64,000 nucleotides of DNA, taken from an uncultured bacterium (GTDB lineage Bacteria > Zhuqueibacterota > QNDG01 > DTFT01). Below are positions 10,001 to 19,274 of the stretch, in pieces. The translations under genes were made by a program, and so were the position numbers. Below the pieces are notes generated by a model, which was given only the letters and a program-made list of their open reading frames with translations, ran no database searches and was not told the origin of the DNA. The first letter of the stretch is position 1. Each line of letters starts with the position of its first letter. The stretch spans positions 192,001 to 256,000 of the forward strand of contig CAVTNR010000014.1 in assembly GCA_963736115.1 (NCBI GenBank), given 5' to 3'.

Positions 10001-13000
10001 ACGAAGTGCGGCTTTCCAGCATCGCCCGCGAATCCTGGGAGTACCATGTCACGCGCTCGAGAATCGCGGTCTCCCAGTCCATCGTCCAATTCGGGAACGT
10101 TCTGGCCAACCAGACCCGGACCGTCCCTCTGGCCATCTCCAATCTCGGCAGCCAGCCGCTGGTGGTCCAGTCCGTGACGAGCGGGAACGCGCATGTGACG
10201 GTGAATCCGTCCGGTCCGTTCACTCTGTTCGTCGGACAGACGGACACACTCGATGTCTCCTTCTCGCCGGTCGGCGTGGAGGTGCTGACGCAGGGCAGTC
10301 TGCTCCAGATTCGGAGCAATGATCCCACCTATCCGGTCCTGGCCGTCCCGCTCCGGGGAAGCGGCATCAATTCGCTTCCGGCGGGGCCCTATGCGGCCGA
10401 TCCGATGACGCTGGGTCTGTGGCATCTCGACGAAACCTCCGGTCTGGTCGCGCGCGATTCCTCCGGTAACGGCATGAACGGAGCCCTTTCCGGATCCGTG
10501 GCCCGCGAAACGGTGACGCGCAAATTCGATCCGGGATCCGCTCTCCGTTTCGACGGTCAGAGCGGACTGGTTTCCGCTCGGCCGCCCGCAGGTGTGAAAA
10601 TCGAACCGACTTGGGGCGGACTCACCGCCGAAGCGTGGTTCTATCTGCAGGGCCTTCCGCTGGGCAGGGGCACCCTGATGCGCCGCGCCTCCGGCGCCGC
10701 ATCCCAGTTCCATCTCTACGTAGACAGCACGGCCGCCCTGGTGGGGCAGTTTTTCAATACGCAGCAGCAGGCCTTCTCCGTGACCAGCGCCTCGATGGGC
10801 GCGCTGAAGATCCGGCAGTGGTACCACGCCGCTGTCGTTCTGGAGCGGGACAGCCTCCGGCTCTACGTCAACGGCAATTCCGTCGCGGTCCGCCCCTTCA
10901 CGGGAACGCCCGCGGGCGGGGGCAGCCCCGCCGGAACCGACACGATGTCCGTCCTGATCGGATCGAGCTGGAACCGGAGCACGCCCTTCTACGGCGTGTT
11001 GGACGAGATCCGCCTGTCTTCGACGGCGCGTCAGCCATGGGAATATAACGTGAACCTGGCGAGAATCGGCCTTACTCCGGAATTGCTGGCTTTCGAGAGC
11101 GTTCTGCTCGGACAGAGGCGGACCCTGGCGCTGACGGTGGGGAACACGGGCATCGACAACCTGGTCGTGACGGACATCGTTTCCTCGCTTCCGTCGGTTT
11201 TCTCCGTGGACACCACGCATTTCACGGTTGCATCCGGCGCAAGCCGGAGAATTCATGTCACCTATCATCCGCAGTCCACGGGCGCCGTGACCGCACAACT
11301 CACTTTCCGGAGCAACGACCCGTTCTGGCCCAACCGGGCGGTTCCTCTGACGGGAACGGGCCTGGCGGAACGGTCGTTCGTCCGGTACGCGGCGGACGCA
11401 TTCACCCTCGGCCTCTTCCACATGGATGAGGCGGCCGACACCTCCAAAACCCTCTGGGATTCATCCGCCGTGGGCCTCCGGGGCACCCTTGAGACGGGCG
11501 TGACGCGCACGGATTCGGGCCGCTTCGGCCGGGCCTTGCGCTTCGCGAACGGATCCGTCCGGATTCCGACAGCGGGCCGGATGGCGATTCCGGATGATGC
11601 GTTTACCCTGGAATTCTGGTTCAACATCCAGACGCTTCCGGGAACATCCGCCGTTCTGCTCAAGCAGGGGAACGGCGATACGGCAACGGTCGAGATTTCG
11701 CTCGTCAACGCCGCGTCCGAAGGCCTGACGGCCCGATTCTGGAACGGGCAGGGCGTTGCCACCTCCCTGAAAACGGGAAGCATCTCCGCCACGCCCCGCA
11801 ACCAGTGGATGCACGTCGCGGTGACCTTCACCTCCGATACGCTGAAACTCTATTTGAACAATATTCTCCGCGACCGGAAGGCATTTACCGGGCCGCTGCG
11901 TCAGGCCCGGGCGTCCGTTCTGCGGCTCGGGTCCGGCCTCAGCAAGGAGAACCCCTTCACCGGCATGCTCGACGAGCTGCGCATTTCGCGGATCGCACGG
12001 GCCTTATGGGAAATTCATGTGGTTCCGCCGGTGATCGAGGCCGCTCCCGTCTCTCTGAATTTCGCATCCGTGCTGAAGACGGAAAAACGCGCCTTCCCGT
12101 TCTGGGTCTGGAACGCGGGCGACCAGGATCTGGTTGTTTCCTCGATCTCGGGGATGACCGCCCAGTTCACGATCCCCGATTCGGTCCGCACCTTCACTCT
12201 GAGGCGCCTGCAGACCCGGATGGTCACGGTCACGTACAGCCCGGACACAGTCAACGTGACGCAGACCGCCGTGCTCACGGTCGCCAGCAACGATCCGAAA
12301 ACGCCCGCCGTGAACATCCAGCTCGAGGGCAGGGGCGCTGAATTCACCGGCCGGAAGGAATACGCCGCGGACGCGCATACGATCGCCCTGTATCACATGA
12401 ATTCCGCGGAGAGCGACTCCGCGGAGGACGCCTCCGGAAACCGCCGCCACGGAATTCTCCAGAACGACGCGATCTGGGCCTCCGATGGATTTTTCGGCCG
12501 CGCCATCTGGCTCGACGGAGACGGGGACCGTATCCTGGTCCCGGCCGATTCGGCCCTGATCATGGACTATGACCGGCGGAGTTTCACGCTGGAATGCTAC
12601 TTCAAGACGGACACGCTGTCACAGACGATACTCTCCCTCGGGTATACGGACAGCCGCCGCTCGCGGAATTTCGGCCTGGACATCGATTCGGAGGGGCGTC
12701 TTTCCGTCGAACACTTCGGTTCGGGCGGCCCCCGCGTCAACGACGCGGCATGGCATTTTGCGGCCTTCTCCTACAATCATCTGCTCAAGCGGGGCCGGCT
12801 GTTCATCGACACCCTGCAGGTCTGGGAAAGGCCCGTCACCCCCTATGCGTCGCGGCAGGAATTCCTCCCGCTGGTCATCGGCGCGGCCCAGGCGGACTCA
12901 GTGTCGTTCACGGGACATTTCAAGGGCGCGGTTGACGAGGTCCGGATCTCCGACATCGTCCGGGAGTCCTGGGAATTCCAGGTCATCGACTACGGCATAC

Positions 13001-14646
13001 GCGTCCAGTCAATCGTCCCGGACCCGCCGACCGCCGGATCGATGATGACCATCGTATTCGCCGTTCCGTCCGCGCTTCAGGCCCAGCAGGTGATTCTGTA
13101 CTACCGGCAGGGCGGGCAGACCGGCTACCGGTCGGTTCAGACGGAGCGTCAGACGAATTCCGTGTATAAGACCGTGATTCCCGCCGAACAGGTGACCGAG
13201 CGCGGGTTTGAATACTGGCTCGAAGTCCGGACCGACAAGGGCGACGTCACCGTGCCCGGAATCGATCCGGAACAGAACCCGATGTCCCGGAGCGTGCGGA
13301 CCGTAGGCCTCAGATCCGGCGTCACCTTCCGCGCCCGGGAGTTCCAGATGTTCTCGATTCCCATGAAGCTTGACACCGCCACGGTGCGGAGCGTGCTTGA
13401 GGACAGGGACGATTTCGGCTCCTATGATCCCTTCCAGTGGCGGCTTTTCTGGTGGCATCGCCTCCGCCAGCGGTACATCACCTACAACAACACGGATACG
13501 ACGCGGTTGTATTTCGATTTCTCCCCGTCCCGCGCCTACTGGCTCGTGTCCTCGACTGAGAAGAACTTCGATCTCGGGAACGCGCGCACCGTCTCTCTCG
13601 ATACCGTTTTCCGGGTACCCGTGGATCCGGGGTGGAACATGATCGGCAATCCCTTCAATTTCACCGTCCGGTGGCAGGATTGTTCGCTCTCTTCGGATTC
13701 CATCGGAACCCTCTACTCCTACAATCCGGAGGAGGGATACGGCCCCGACTGGCAGACCCTGGATCCTTGGAAGGGGTACTGGATCTACAATGCGGACACG
13801 GTGTCGCACGCCCTGTTCATCCCCCCGAAATCGCGCGGTTTCGGCAAGACGGGCGGGAAACGGCCCGGACTCGCGGAATCGCTCGGCAGTGGAGAATGGC
13901 TGCTGCAGCTGTCGGCGGCCACGAAGCGCCAGAAGGACGGCCTCCAGTACGCCGGCGTCAAGAAAAACGCCCGTGACGGGTGGGACATATGGGACAGGCC
14001 CGATCCGCCTCCGGTCGAACCACGGATTTCGGCCGGATTCGATCACGGCGACTGGGGACGGCATTCCGGCACCTATGCGGCGGATATCCGGAAAAGCGGG
14101 ACGGAGGGCCATGTCTGGAGCCTGTTCGTCGAGACCCAGAATCCGGAAGAGGCGGTGACGCTGGCATGGAAATGGATTTCGACCATGCCGGAGGGATGGA
14201 AGGCTTTCTTGTTCGACCTCGCCGAAGGCACATCCGTGAACATGACCGAGCTCGGGGTGAAATCGTTCATGAGCGGTTCAACGGCACCGGATGTCCGGCT
14301 GTTCAAACTGGTTGCCGGCTCCGAAGCTTTCATCCGGGCCGAGAGCGAGGGCATTCCCCTGGAACCGGTCGTTTTCCATGTCTTCCAGAATTATCCGAAT
14401 CCGTTCAATCCGGAGACCACGATCCGCTACCGTCTGCCGAAGAACGGAAACGTCGAAGTGTCGGTCTTCAATGCGCTCGGGCAGAAAATACGCATTCTGG
14501 TCGACGCGACCCAGAAAACGGGTGAACAGTCGGTGGTATGGGACGGCAGCGATGACTCAGGCCGGCCCGTTCCCAGCGGCCTTTACATCTCCCGGGTGAA
14601 AACCCGCGAATCGACGTCCACCCGAAAGATGCTGTTGGTCCGATGA
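7060..14646 (+). CDS. Giant secreted protein (~2528 aa): LVIVD-type repeats, 4x[Ig-like + LamG], C-terminal FlgD-Ig/T9SS-type domain
   Basis: RBS gaggag before ATG 7060; signal peptide MRKWIVLGCLFGSIGWAAA; AYIADG..GLAVVDVSDP repeats; four DExRxS..ARxxWE LamG ends; QNYPNPFNP CTD. Paralog of 2..4054. Confidence 0.88.
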   Translation: MRKWIVLGCLFGSIGWAAAQPAANVSRLGRWALGQCEVVHRRAGFLFVSSGPMLEVYQNKHGEYTKSDSILMPGLVKGVWVKNTLSHAYIACGDAGLRVVSFDAVDGRFGDVVGSLDTPGSAEGVMQYGNTAYIADGPGGLAVVDVSDPAQPTLRGTQATAGAARGVWVVANTPAIDNTMVLVAADSAGLYSVNVTNPTAPAVYDRLAFNTVYPGFQVPAPRAIQVTVIDTVAYVATGYGSLRTVDIRNPRLMTQMGVWMNSPYTEVLGMDVTWETVGGKPAPQYAYLATGAKGVFCPINIQNPRDLKGPPYQNVDTRGTTTRIVVSTEADSLFIGSALMRFKAGELLFVSDRENGLLFIDARESYQPSVIDSIRTGGDVCRDADWSGRYAYVAAGWAGVKIVDTTGTAADPDTDRLPLRGTIDTGGQARGLRVVGSRLYVANGVKGLGIYSISDPVNPALSGRFTAVTDTVHRVDLLSGSYAFLAAGRDGIRIVDISGSIFETGQSPLRTAGPALDVKIRGSKAYVATPGAVYVYALTQSGGALTGVSLTDSLTAGAALPMDARALDVIGDSVFVANGRHGLILWKTSNDAVLVKNVGGTVTGITVREKTLYVSDAVNGFRIYDASTAGEIKEVGYYRTLGEALGLGISDSDGKAVMADGRYGFWLFRSRISPAITITPTTLNFGLVPPDYSRSLTALIRNTGTSILKVTNIQSKRTTYSFSATRFEIAAGDTFRLVIRFAPSYDTWPFRQDDRIEISTNDPSNLTAYINLQAEVTALVTEGPYTPDDFTVGLWHFDEADGVLTAADGSGNSLHGQLAGTPFRENSARSGYGRQIGFDSETDRVLVPQNPLFNFSEKSFTAECWFSMDALPTDHYVLIRHGSETQAQFELALGSGDVGLIGRVWDSSGARTLTSGSIDLFNVNQWYHAALTWNGDSLKLYLNGVQKAGLRVRNRLKFVATEPLAIGANQYGTAVFRGRMDEVRLSSIARESWEYHVTRSRIAVSQSIVQFGNVLANQTRTVPLAISNLGSQPLVVQSVTSGNAHVTVNPSGPFTLFVGQTDTLDVSFSPVGVEVLTQGSLLQIRSNDPTYPVLAVPLRGSGINSLPAGPYAADPMTLGLWHLDETSGLVARDSSGNGMNGALSGSVARETVTRKFDPGSALRFDGQSGLVSARPPAGVKIEPTWGGLTAEAWFYLQGLPLGRGTLMRRASGAASQFHLYVDSTAALVGQFFNTQQQAFSVTSASMGALKIRQWYHAAVVLERDSLRLYVNGNSVAVRPFTGTPAGGGSPAGTDTMSVLIGSSWNRSTPFYGVLDEIRLSSTARQPWEYNVNLARIGLTPELLAFESVLLGQRRTLALTVGNTGIDNLVVTDIVSSLPSVFSVDTTHFTVASGASRRIHVTYHPQSTGAVTAQLTFRSNDPFWPNRAVPLTGTGLAERSFVRYAADAFTLGLFHMDEAADTSKTLWDSSAVGLRGTLETGVTRTDSGRFGRALRFANGSVRIPTAGRMAIPDDAFTLEFWFNIQTLPGTSAVLLKQGNGDTATVEISLVNAASEGLTARFWNGQGVATSLKTGSISATPRNQWMHVAVTFTSDTLKLYLNNILRDRKAFTGPLRQARASVLRLGSGLSKENPFTGMLDELRISRIARALWEIHVVPPVIEAAPVSLNFASVLKTEKRAFPFWVWNAGDQDLVVSSISGMTAQFTIPDSVRTFTLRRLQTRMVTVTYSPDTVNVTQTAVLTVASNDPKTPAVNIQLEGRGAEFTGRKEYAADAHTIALYHMNSAESDSAEDASGNRRHGILQNDAIWASDGFFGRAIWLDGDGDRILVPADSALIMDYDRRSFTLECYFKTDTLSQTILSLGYTDSRRSRNFGLDIDSEGRLSVEHFGSGGPRVNDAAWHFAAFSYNHLLKRGRLFIDTLQVWERPVTPYASRQEFLPLVIGAAQADSVSFTGHFKGAVDEVRISDIVRESWEFQVIDYGIRVQSIVPDPPTAGSMMTIVFAVPSALQAQQVILYYRQGGQTGYRSVQTERQTNSVYKTVIPAEQVTERGFEYWLEVRTDKGDVTVPGIDPEQNPMSRSVRTVGLRSGVTFRAREFQMFSIPMKLDTATVRSVLEDRDDFGSYDPFQWRLFWWHRLRQRYITYNNTDTTRLYFDFSPSRAYWLVSSTEKNFDLGNARTVSLDTVFRVPVDPGWNMIGNPFNFTVRWQDCSLSSDSIGTLYSYNPEEGYGPDWQTLDPWKGYWIYNADTVSHALFIPPKSRGFGKTGGKRPGLAESLGSGEWLLQLSAATKRQKDGLQYAGVKKNARDGWDIWDRPDPPPVEPRISAGFDHGDWGRHSGTYAADIRKSGTEGHVWSLFVETQNPEEAVTLAWKWISTMPEGWKAFLFDLAEGTSVNMTELGVKSFMSGSTAPDVRLFKLVAGSEAFIRAESEGIPLEPVVFHVFQNYPNPFNPETTIRYRLPKNGNVEVSVFNALGQKIRILVDATQKTGEQSVVWDGSDDSGRPVPSGLYISRVKTRESTSTRKMLLVR

Positions 14647-14687
14647 AACGGCTTTCGAACCGCAACTCACGAGCGCGAGGTGCATGC

Positions 14688-15851
14688 ATGAGAGGAAAAG
14701 CCTGGATCGGGTTCGCGGCCCTTCTGCCGTGCATCCTGTCCGCCCAGCCCGACGTTTCGTCCCGGGAACCCATGGCATCGCTGACGACGTCCTGCTCCGT
14801 CCAGATGTGGCGGATGGAGGCCGGGGATCACCGGGTCGTGAATCAGGTCTCTTTTCCAGTCCTGCTCACCGCGCCCGTGGGTCGGAATATCCAGCTCGCG
14901 ATCCAGCATACACCCGCCATGAGCCGGTGGTACGGCGACTACAAGATCAACGGGACATCGGACACTTGGATTCAGGGATCCTACCTGCATCCGAACAAGA
15001 CACTTCTCCTGAACTTCGGTCTGGGCGTTCCCACCGGGAAAACCCGGCTGAACAATCAGGAGTTCGAACTCGGCCAGATCATCAGCCAGAATTTCTTCCG
15101 CTTCACGCTTCCGGTGTACGGACAGGGTCTGTGCGGCAGGGCCGGCGCCGCGGGCGCGTTCCCCCTCGGCGAAAGGGCGGTTCTCGGAGTCGGGGGCCAG
15201 TACCTGATGCGGGGCCAATACAAACCGGTTGAATACCGGTATGAATTCGACGGCATCGTCAAAATCGCGGACGCGTCGTACAAGCCCGGGGACGAGGCGA
15301 CCGCCCAGCTTGGCCTGGACGTCCGGCTGGACGATCATTTCAAGCTGATGGCGGACGCGGAATACACGTTCTACCAGAAGGATCTGCTCGGCGATCGGGA
15401 GATTTTTCAGGCCGGGGCGAAAACCACCGCCAGCATCGGATTGTACCGCGAATTCGACCGGCAGTACTGGATGGCCCTGATTACGGCCCGTTTCAACGAC
15501 AAGATTCAAACGCTTCAGGGACTCAAACTCGAAGAGGCGCCGGGCAAGCCGCAGGGAAGCCAGATCGAGATGAACGCCGTTTACAAGGTCGTCGCCTTCC
15601 GGGAGGGCGGTCTCTTTCTGCTCGCAGACGCCCGCTATTATTCCCGGCAGACCGTGAAGGTGCTTTACGAGACCCGTTCCGAGCTTGACGGTTTCGCGGC
15701 CGGCGCCGGTGTCGGCGTGCAGTTCACCCTATGGGAAAACGCGCTCGGCGACATGCGCGTCAAGTTTCTCGGAGGCAATCTCGAAACCAACGGGAACCGG
15801 AGCGGACTTTTCGGCATGGATGCCGGATTCGGGGTCAAGATTCTGCTCTGA
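14688..15851 (+). CDS. Putative outer-membrane beta-barrel protein (copy 2); alternative start 14643 overlaps the upstream stop (ATGA)
   Basis: Paralog of 4090..5256 (SDTWIQG, GLGVPTGKTRL, QNFFRFTLPVYGQGL); signal peptide. Confidence 0.7.
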   Translation: MRGKAWIGFAALLPCILSAQPDVSSREPMASLTTSCSVQMWRMEAGDHRVVNQVSFPVLLTAPVGRNIQLAIQHTPAMSRWYGDYKINGTSDTWIQGSYLHPNKTLLLNFGLGVPTGKTRLNNQEFELGQIISQNFFRFTLPVYGQGLCGRAGAAGAFPLGERAVLGVGGQYLMRGQYKPVEYRYEFDGIVKIADASYKPGDEATAQLGLDVRLDDHFKLMADAEYTFYQKDLLGDREIFQAGAKTTASIGLYREFDRQYWMALITARFNDKIQTLQGLKLEEAPGKPQGSQIEMNAVYKVVAFREGGLFLLADARYYSRQTVKVLYETRSELDGFAAGAGVGVQFTLWENALGDMRVKFLGGNLETNGNRSGLFGMDAGFGVKILL

Positions 15852-15876
15852 TCCTTTTTCAGCATATCCCGTCTTG

Positions 15877-15900
15877 ATCGCCCCCTCCCCAGGGGGCGAT
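15877..15900 (+). terminator. Hairpin after barrel copy 2
   Basis: Perfect 10-bp stem ATCGCCCCCT-cccc-AGGGGGCGAT; weak U-tract. Confidence 0.5.
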
Positions 15901-15986
15901 TCTGTATGGGGGTTCGGTCGGACGTTTCCGGGACCGGGCCGACGAAAAACCGGAACGGGATCCCGGGACAGTCGGGAGAAAGTGTA

Positions 15987-16667
15987 TTGCGGTTGAAAGC
16001 CCAGTTCGTCATTTCCTGCCACGCGGATACCGGATTCCGCAGCCACCGGTGCCGGAGAGAGAAAGGCGGAAAAGTCTATTACGGCCACATGGATAATTTC
16101 GCGGGTGTACGGGCCGTCATGGACGCTTTTTTCAGCGGATCGCTGGACCGGGAAGGCGTACGGATCGAATTGACCTACGGTGAAGAAACGGATTTCGGAG
16201 GCGCCAAAGCGGTCCGTCGAACCCTATCAAAGGAAGACACTGTCGTGGTCGTGGACGTAACCGGCGCGAAAACCCGCGCGGACATCACGATTGAAAAATG
16301 CGCGGATCCCGAAACCGGGCGTTTCGTCCGGAAGGCGCTCGCCGGCATGCCGAAGGTCGAAATATTCACCGGATGCCCCGATCCTGTGTCGGATTCGGAT
16401 GAGACGGACGTGTACCGGGGACGCGCCAGGCGCGTGTTCTTTCTCGGCATCCCGTGTTCAGGGGGGGACTACAACGCCGGAAGGGTCCGGTGCAGAAAAA
16501 AGAGCCTGACGATGGCGGCCCGGGCGCTGACGCGTCTGGCCCGGGCGCATCTTCGTGAAGTGCAGGCCGGAAATCCGGCCCTGCGGAAGTTGCCCGGAGC
16601 GCCTGAGGGCGGAACCGGCCGGAGTCGCCGGACCATACGGACAGGCGCCCGCGGCCGTAAACGGTAA
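15987..16667 (+). CDS. Small M28/M42-like metallohydrolase (start uncertain)
   Basis: CHAD, GHMDN, YGEE and VVVDV match the order of clan MH zinc ligands; ggag precedes TTG 15987. Confidence 0.5.
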   Translation: MRLKAQFVISCHADTGFRSHRCRREKGGKVYYGHMDNFAGVRAVMDAFFSGSLDREGVRIELTYGEETDFGGAKAVRRTLSKEDTVVVVDVTGAKTRADITIEKCADPETGRFVRKALAGMPKVEIFTGCPDPVSDSDETDVYRGRARRVFFLGIPCSGGDYNAGRVRCRKKSLTMAARALTRLARAHLREVQAGNPALRKLPGAPEGGTGRSRRTIRTGARGRKR

Positions 16668-16829
16668 TGGATATGGAACCGCGACCGGACGGCCGCGTCA
16701 TGGCCGGAGGGACCGCCGGCCTTCCCGTTTTTCCCGTTGTATTTTTGATTTGATTTTCTTATCATTTCCGGACAGTCCTGTCCGGCCGCGGCGAGCGGTA
16801 TTATCGGGAAACCCCCGTTTCGGATAAAT

Positions 16830-18188
16830 ATGTTCTGGCCAGAGAAGAAAACACCGAAAAAAAAGCGAAAAAAGGGGATCTCCCACTGGATCGTGCTGGG
16901 CGCATCCATCTGCACCATTTTCAGCTCCGTTCTCGTCTTCCTGCAGTACATCTATCCGGTCATGAAACACCGCGACGTCAGCAGTCCGCAATGGGTTTCC
17001 GGCGGCGGCCCCGCGTTTCCGGACGAAACGCTGATCCTGATTGCGGATTTCGAGGGCCTCGGGACACTGCGTTTCGATGTACAGGACCGGATTGTGGAAA
17101 CCCTCCGAAAGGAATTCCGTTCCTACCCGGGTATCCGCATCGAGACCTGCCCGTTGAAACTGCCGGACGAAGAAACGGGTCCTGCCTACGACCTGGGCTG
17201 GCAGGCGGATGCCTGGATGCTGTTCTGGGGCCGTTACGACGATGCGGGCATTTTTCCAGTGTTCGCCATGCCCCAGACGCTCGGCCGCTATCCGCCGGAA
17301 GCGTCGGATTCCCTGGCCATCCTGCAGATGCGGATCGCGGGAGAGATCGGCCTGACGGACCCGTCCGGCTCCGCTTTTCTTTTCAGGGATTTCCCGATGC
17401 AGGGCGCCGGGGTTCAGGAGACAGTGCGTGACCTGCTGCCCAGGCAGGCCGTTTTTCTCGTGTCCCTGGTGGCGGGGCTCCGGTATTTTCATGAAGGAGA
17501 CACCCTGAACGCGCGGCGCGCGCTGGATCGGTGCATTTCCGGGTCCGGAAACGCGTCGATCCAGCTCGGGCTGTCCGCCGCGCATGCGGCACGGGGCCGG
17601 CTCCGGATCAGCCAGGGGCGGATTCAGGCGGCGGATGAGGATCTGACGTCGGCGCTTGCATCGGACGAGCGGAACACGACAGCGCGGCTGTACCGGGCAT
17701 ATGCCCGTTTTCAAAGGGGTGACTATGCGGCCGCTTCGGAGGACGGAATCCGGTCGATCGCTGAAATGACGAAAACCGACTCGATCCTCCTGCCCGGTCC
17801 GGCGGACCGCGCATTTCTGCTGAGAATCACGGGACTTTCCGAGATCCGATCCGGCAGACCGGCAGCCGGCATCCCCCGGCTCGAAGAAGGTCTGGCCCGC
17901 CGTGATTCATCCGACGGACGTCTGGTATCCGAAGGGTATTCCGACCTGGCGGCTCATTACACCGGGCTTCAGCGTTTTGCCCAGGCGGAACAGGCGTGCC
18001 GGGCCGCCATGGCAATCGATTCCAATGCGGCCTGGATTCATTACCGACTTGCCCTGCTGACCGCCGGGGCGCGGCAGGATACGCTTTCCGCCTGCCGGTT
18101 CCTGAATAAGGCGCTCACACTGCCGACCGACAGCGTTTTCCGGTCCACCATCCGGGAGCGGATGACGGAATTCCGCTGTCCCCGATGA
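16830..18188 (+). CDS. Membrane-anchored tetratricopeptide-repeat protein
   Basis: Lys-rich N-terminus, one TM helix, ILIADF domain, C-terminal TPRs. Confidence 0.65.
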   Translation: MFWPEKKTPKKKRKKGISHWIVLGASICTIFSSVLVFLQYIYPVMKHRDVSSPQWVSGGGPAFPDETLILIADFEGLGTLRFDVQDRIVETLRKEFRSYPGIRIETCPLKLPDEETGPAYDLGWQADAWMLFWGRYDDAGIFPVFAMPQTLGRYPPEASDSLAILQMRIAGEIGLTDPSGSAFLFRDFPMQGAGVQETVRDLLPRQAVFLVSLVAGLRYFHEGDTLNARRALDRCISGSGNASIQLGLSAAHAARGRLRISQGRIQAADEDLTSALASDERNTTARLYRAYARFQRGDYAAASEDGIRSIAEMTKTDSILLPGPADRAFLLRITGLSEIRSGRPAAGIPRLEEGLARRDSSDGRLVSEGYSDLAAHYTGLQRFAQAEQACRAAMAIDSNAAWIHYRLALLTAGARQDTLSACRFLNKALTLPTDSVFRSTIRERMTEFRCPR

Positions 18189-18207
18189 ACCGGGGGAGAG
18201 ACGGTTC

Positions 18208-18633
18208 ATGGAAGGAAATCCGCATATGCCCGACCATGCGTTCCTAGTTTTGCTCGGTGTGACCGCCGGGCTTTTCTTTCTTCTGGATGCGGCCTGGCTC
18301 GGACTGGCTGCCCGGACTTTTTACCGGAGACAGCTGGGGCATCTGATGGCAGAAGGATTCCGCTGGCCCGCGGCCGTTCTGTTTTATATTCTATTTCCCG
18401 CCGGTCTCCTCCGTTTTGTCATCCTGCCCATGGCCGGCGCGGGCTCAGCCGGTCAGGCCGCTCTCAACGGCGGCCTGTTCGGGCTGGTGGCTTATTCCAC
18501 CTATGAACTCACCAATTTGGCCACGCTCCGGAAGTGGCCGGTTCTCGTCACGGTCGTGGATATTCTCTGGGGCATGACCCTGTCCTCCGCGGTTTCCATC
18601 GTCGGCTGGCGGATCAGCGGGGTCATCCGGTAA
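18208..18633 (+). CDS. DUF2177 family membrane protein
   Basis: LDAAWLG..FY..QLG, AYSTYELTNLATL..WP..VDILWG. Confidence 0.85.
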   Translation: MEGNPHMPDHAFLVLLGVTAGLFFLLDAAWLGLAARTFYRRQLGHLMAEGFRWPAAVLFYILFPAGLLRFVILPMAGAGSAGQAALNGGLFGLVAYSTYELTNLATLRKWPVLVTVVDILWGMTLSSAVSIVGWRISGVIR

Positions 18634-18770
18634 TATGATCCGGAGAAGGCGGGGGAGGAGTGACCGGGAATCACGGATCGGAGAATGACGTTCATGAAGG
18701 CAGGGCGCCGGTGCGGGACAAACTGCCGTGCGTCAGGCCCGGCTGAAGGATCTCTGCGGCAGGAAGAATA

Positions 18771-19274
18771 TCAGGGATCCGATGGTCCCCCGTTTCGCTT
18801 CCCCCCGAAAAGCGCCATCCATTCCTGCATTTCCCGGTCCGACATGGGCCGGTCGGTCCGTGTGTTCGAATCCGGAGGACCGGACTGACGTTCCATGGCC
18901 TGCGCGAACGTCTGCGAGTATTCGACCTTCACGCCGCAGAGACGCGCATAGTCGCCGATGTCCCGGTCGGACGAAACAAGAATGAGTTCCTCCCCCTTTT
19001 TCCGCTCGGAAATCATCTTTTTGATTAGCGGATCGGCTTTCTCCGGTGGCCTGGAGAAGCGGACGCGGACGGTTCTTTTTCGTGAAGGGGCCGGATCCGG
19101 CTCCCCGGATCCGTCGAACACCACGGAAACCTCCGCGCCTTTCGCGAGAGAAAAACCCGTGAGCCGCGCCAGCAGGGACTCTCGCGCGTTTTCCAGATCA
19201 TATTCCATTTTCCGCCGCAGTTCCGGAAACTGGTGGAGAAGGTTGTAGCCGTCGACCAGGTAAACGCGTTTCAC
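18771..19274 (-). CDS. NYN (YacP-like) PIN-fold ribonuclease
   Basis: LVDGYNL, VVFDG, ADPLI, VSSDR motifs; GTG start overlaps the dapF stop. Confidence 0.8.
   Translation of the reverse strand: MKRVYLVDGYNLLHQFPELRRKMEYDLENARESLLARLTGFSLAKGAEVSVVFDGSGEPDPAPSRKRTVRVRFSRPPEKADPLIKKMISERKKGEELILVSSDRDIGDYARLCGVKVEYSQTFAQAMERQSGPPDSNTRTDRPMSDREMQEWMALFGGKRNGGPSDP

Noticed and set aside
9220-11421. 733-aa minus-strand ORF
   Set aside because: Antisense shadow of the giant gene in high-GC DNA; no recognisable motifs.
2-14646. Diversity-generating retroelement target or recent DNA duplication
   Set aside because: No reverse transcriptase, and I saw no near-identical nucleotide repeats; the paralogy is visible at protein level.
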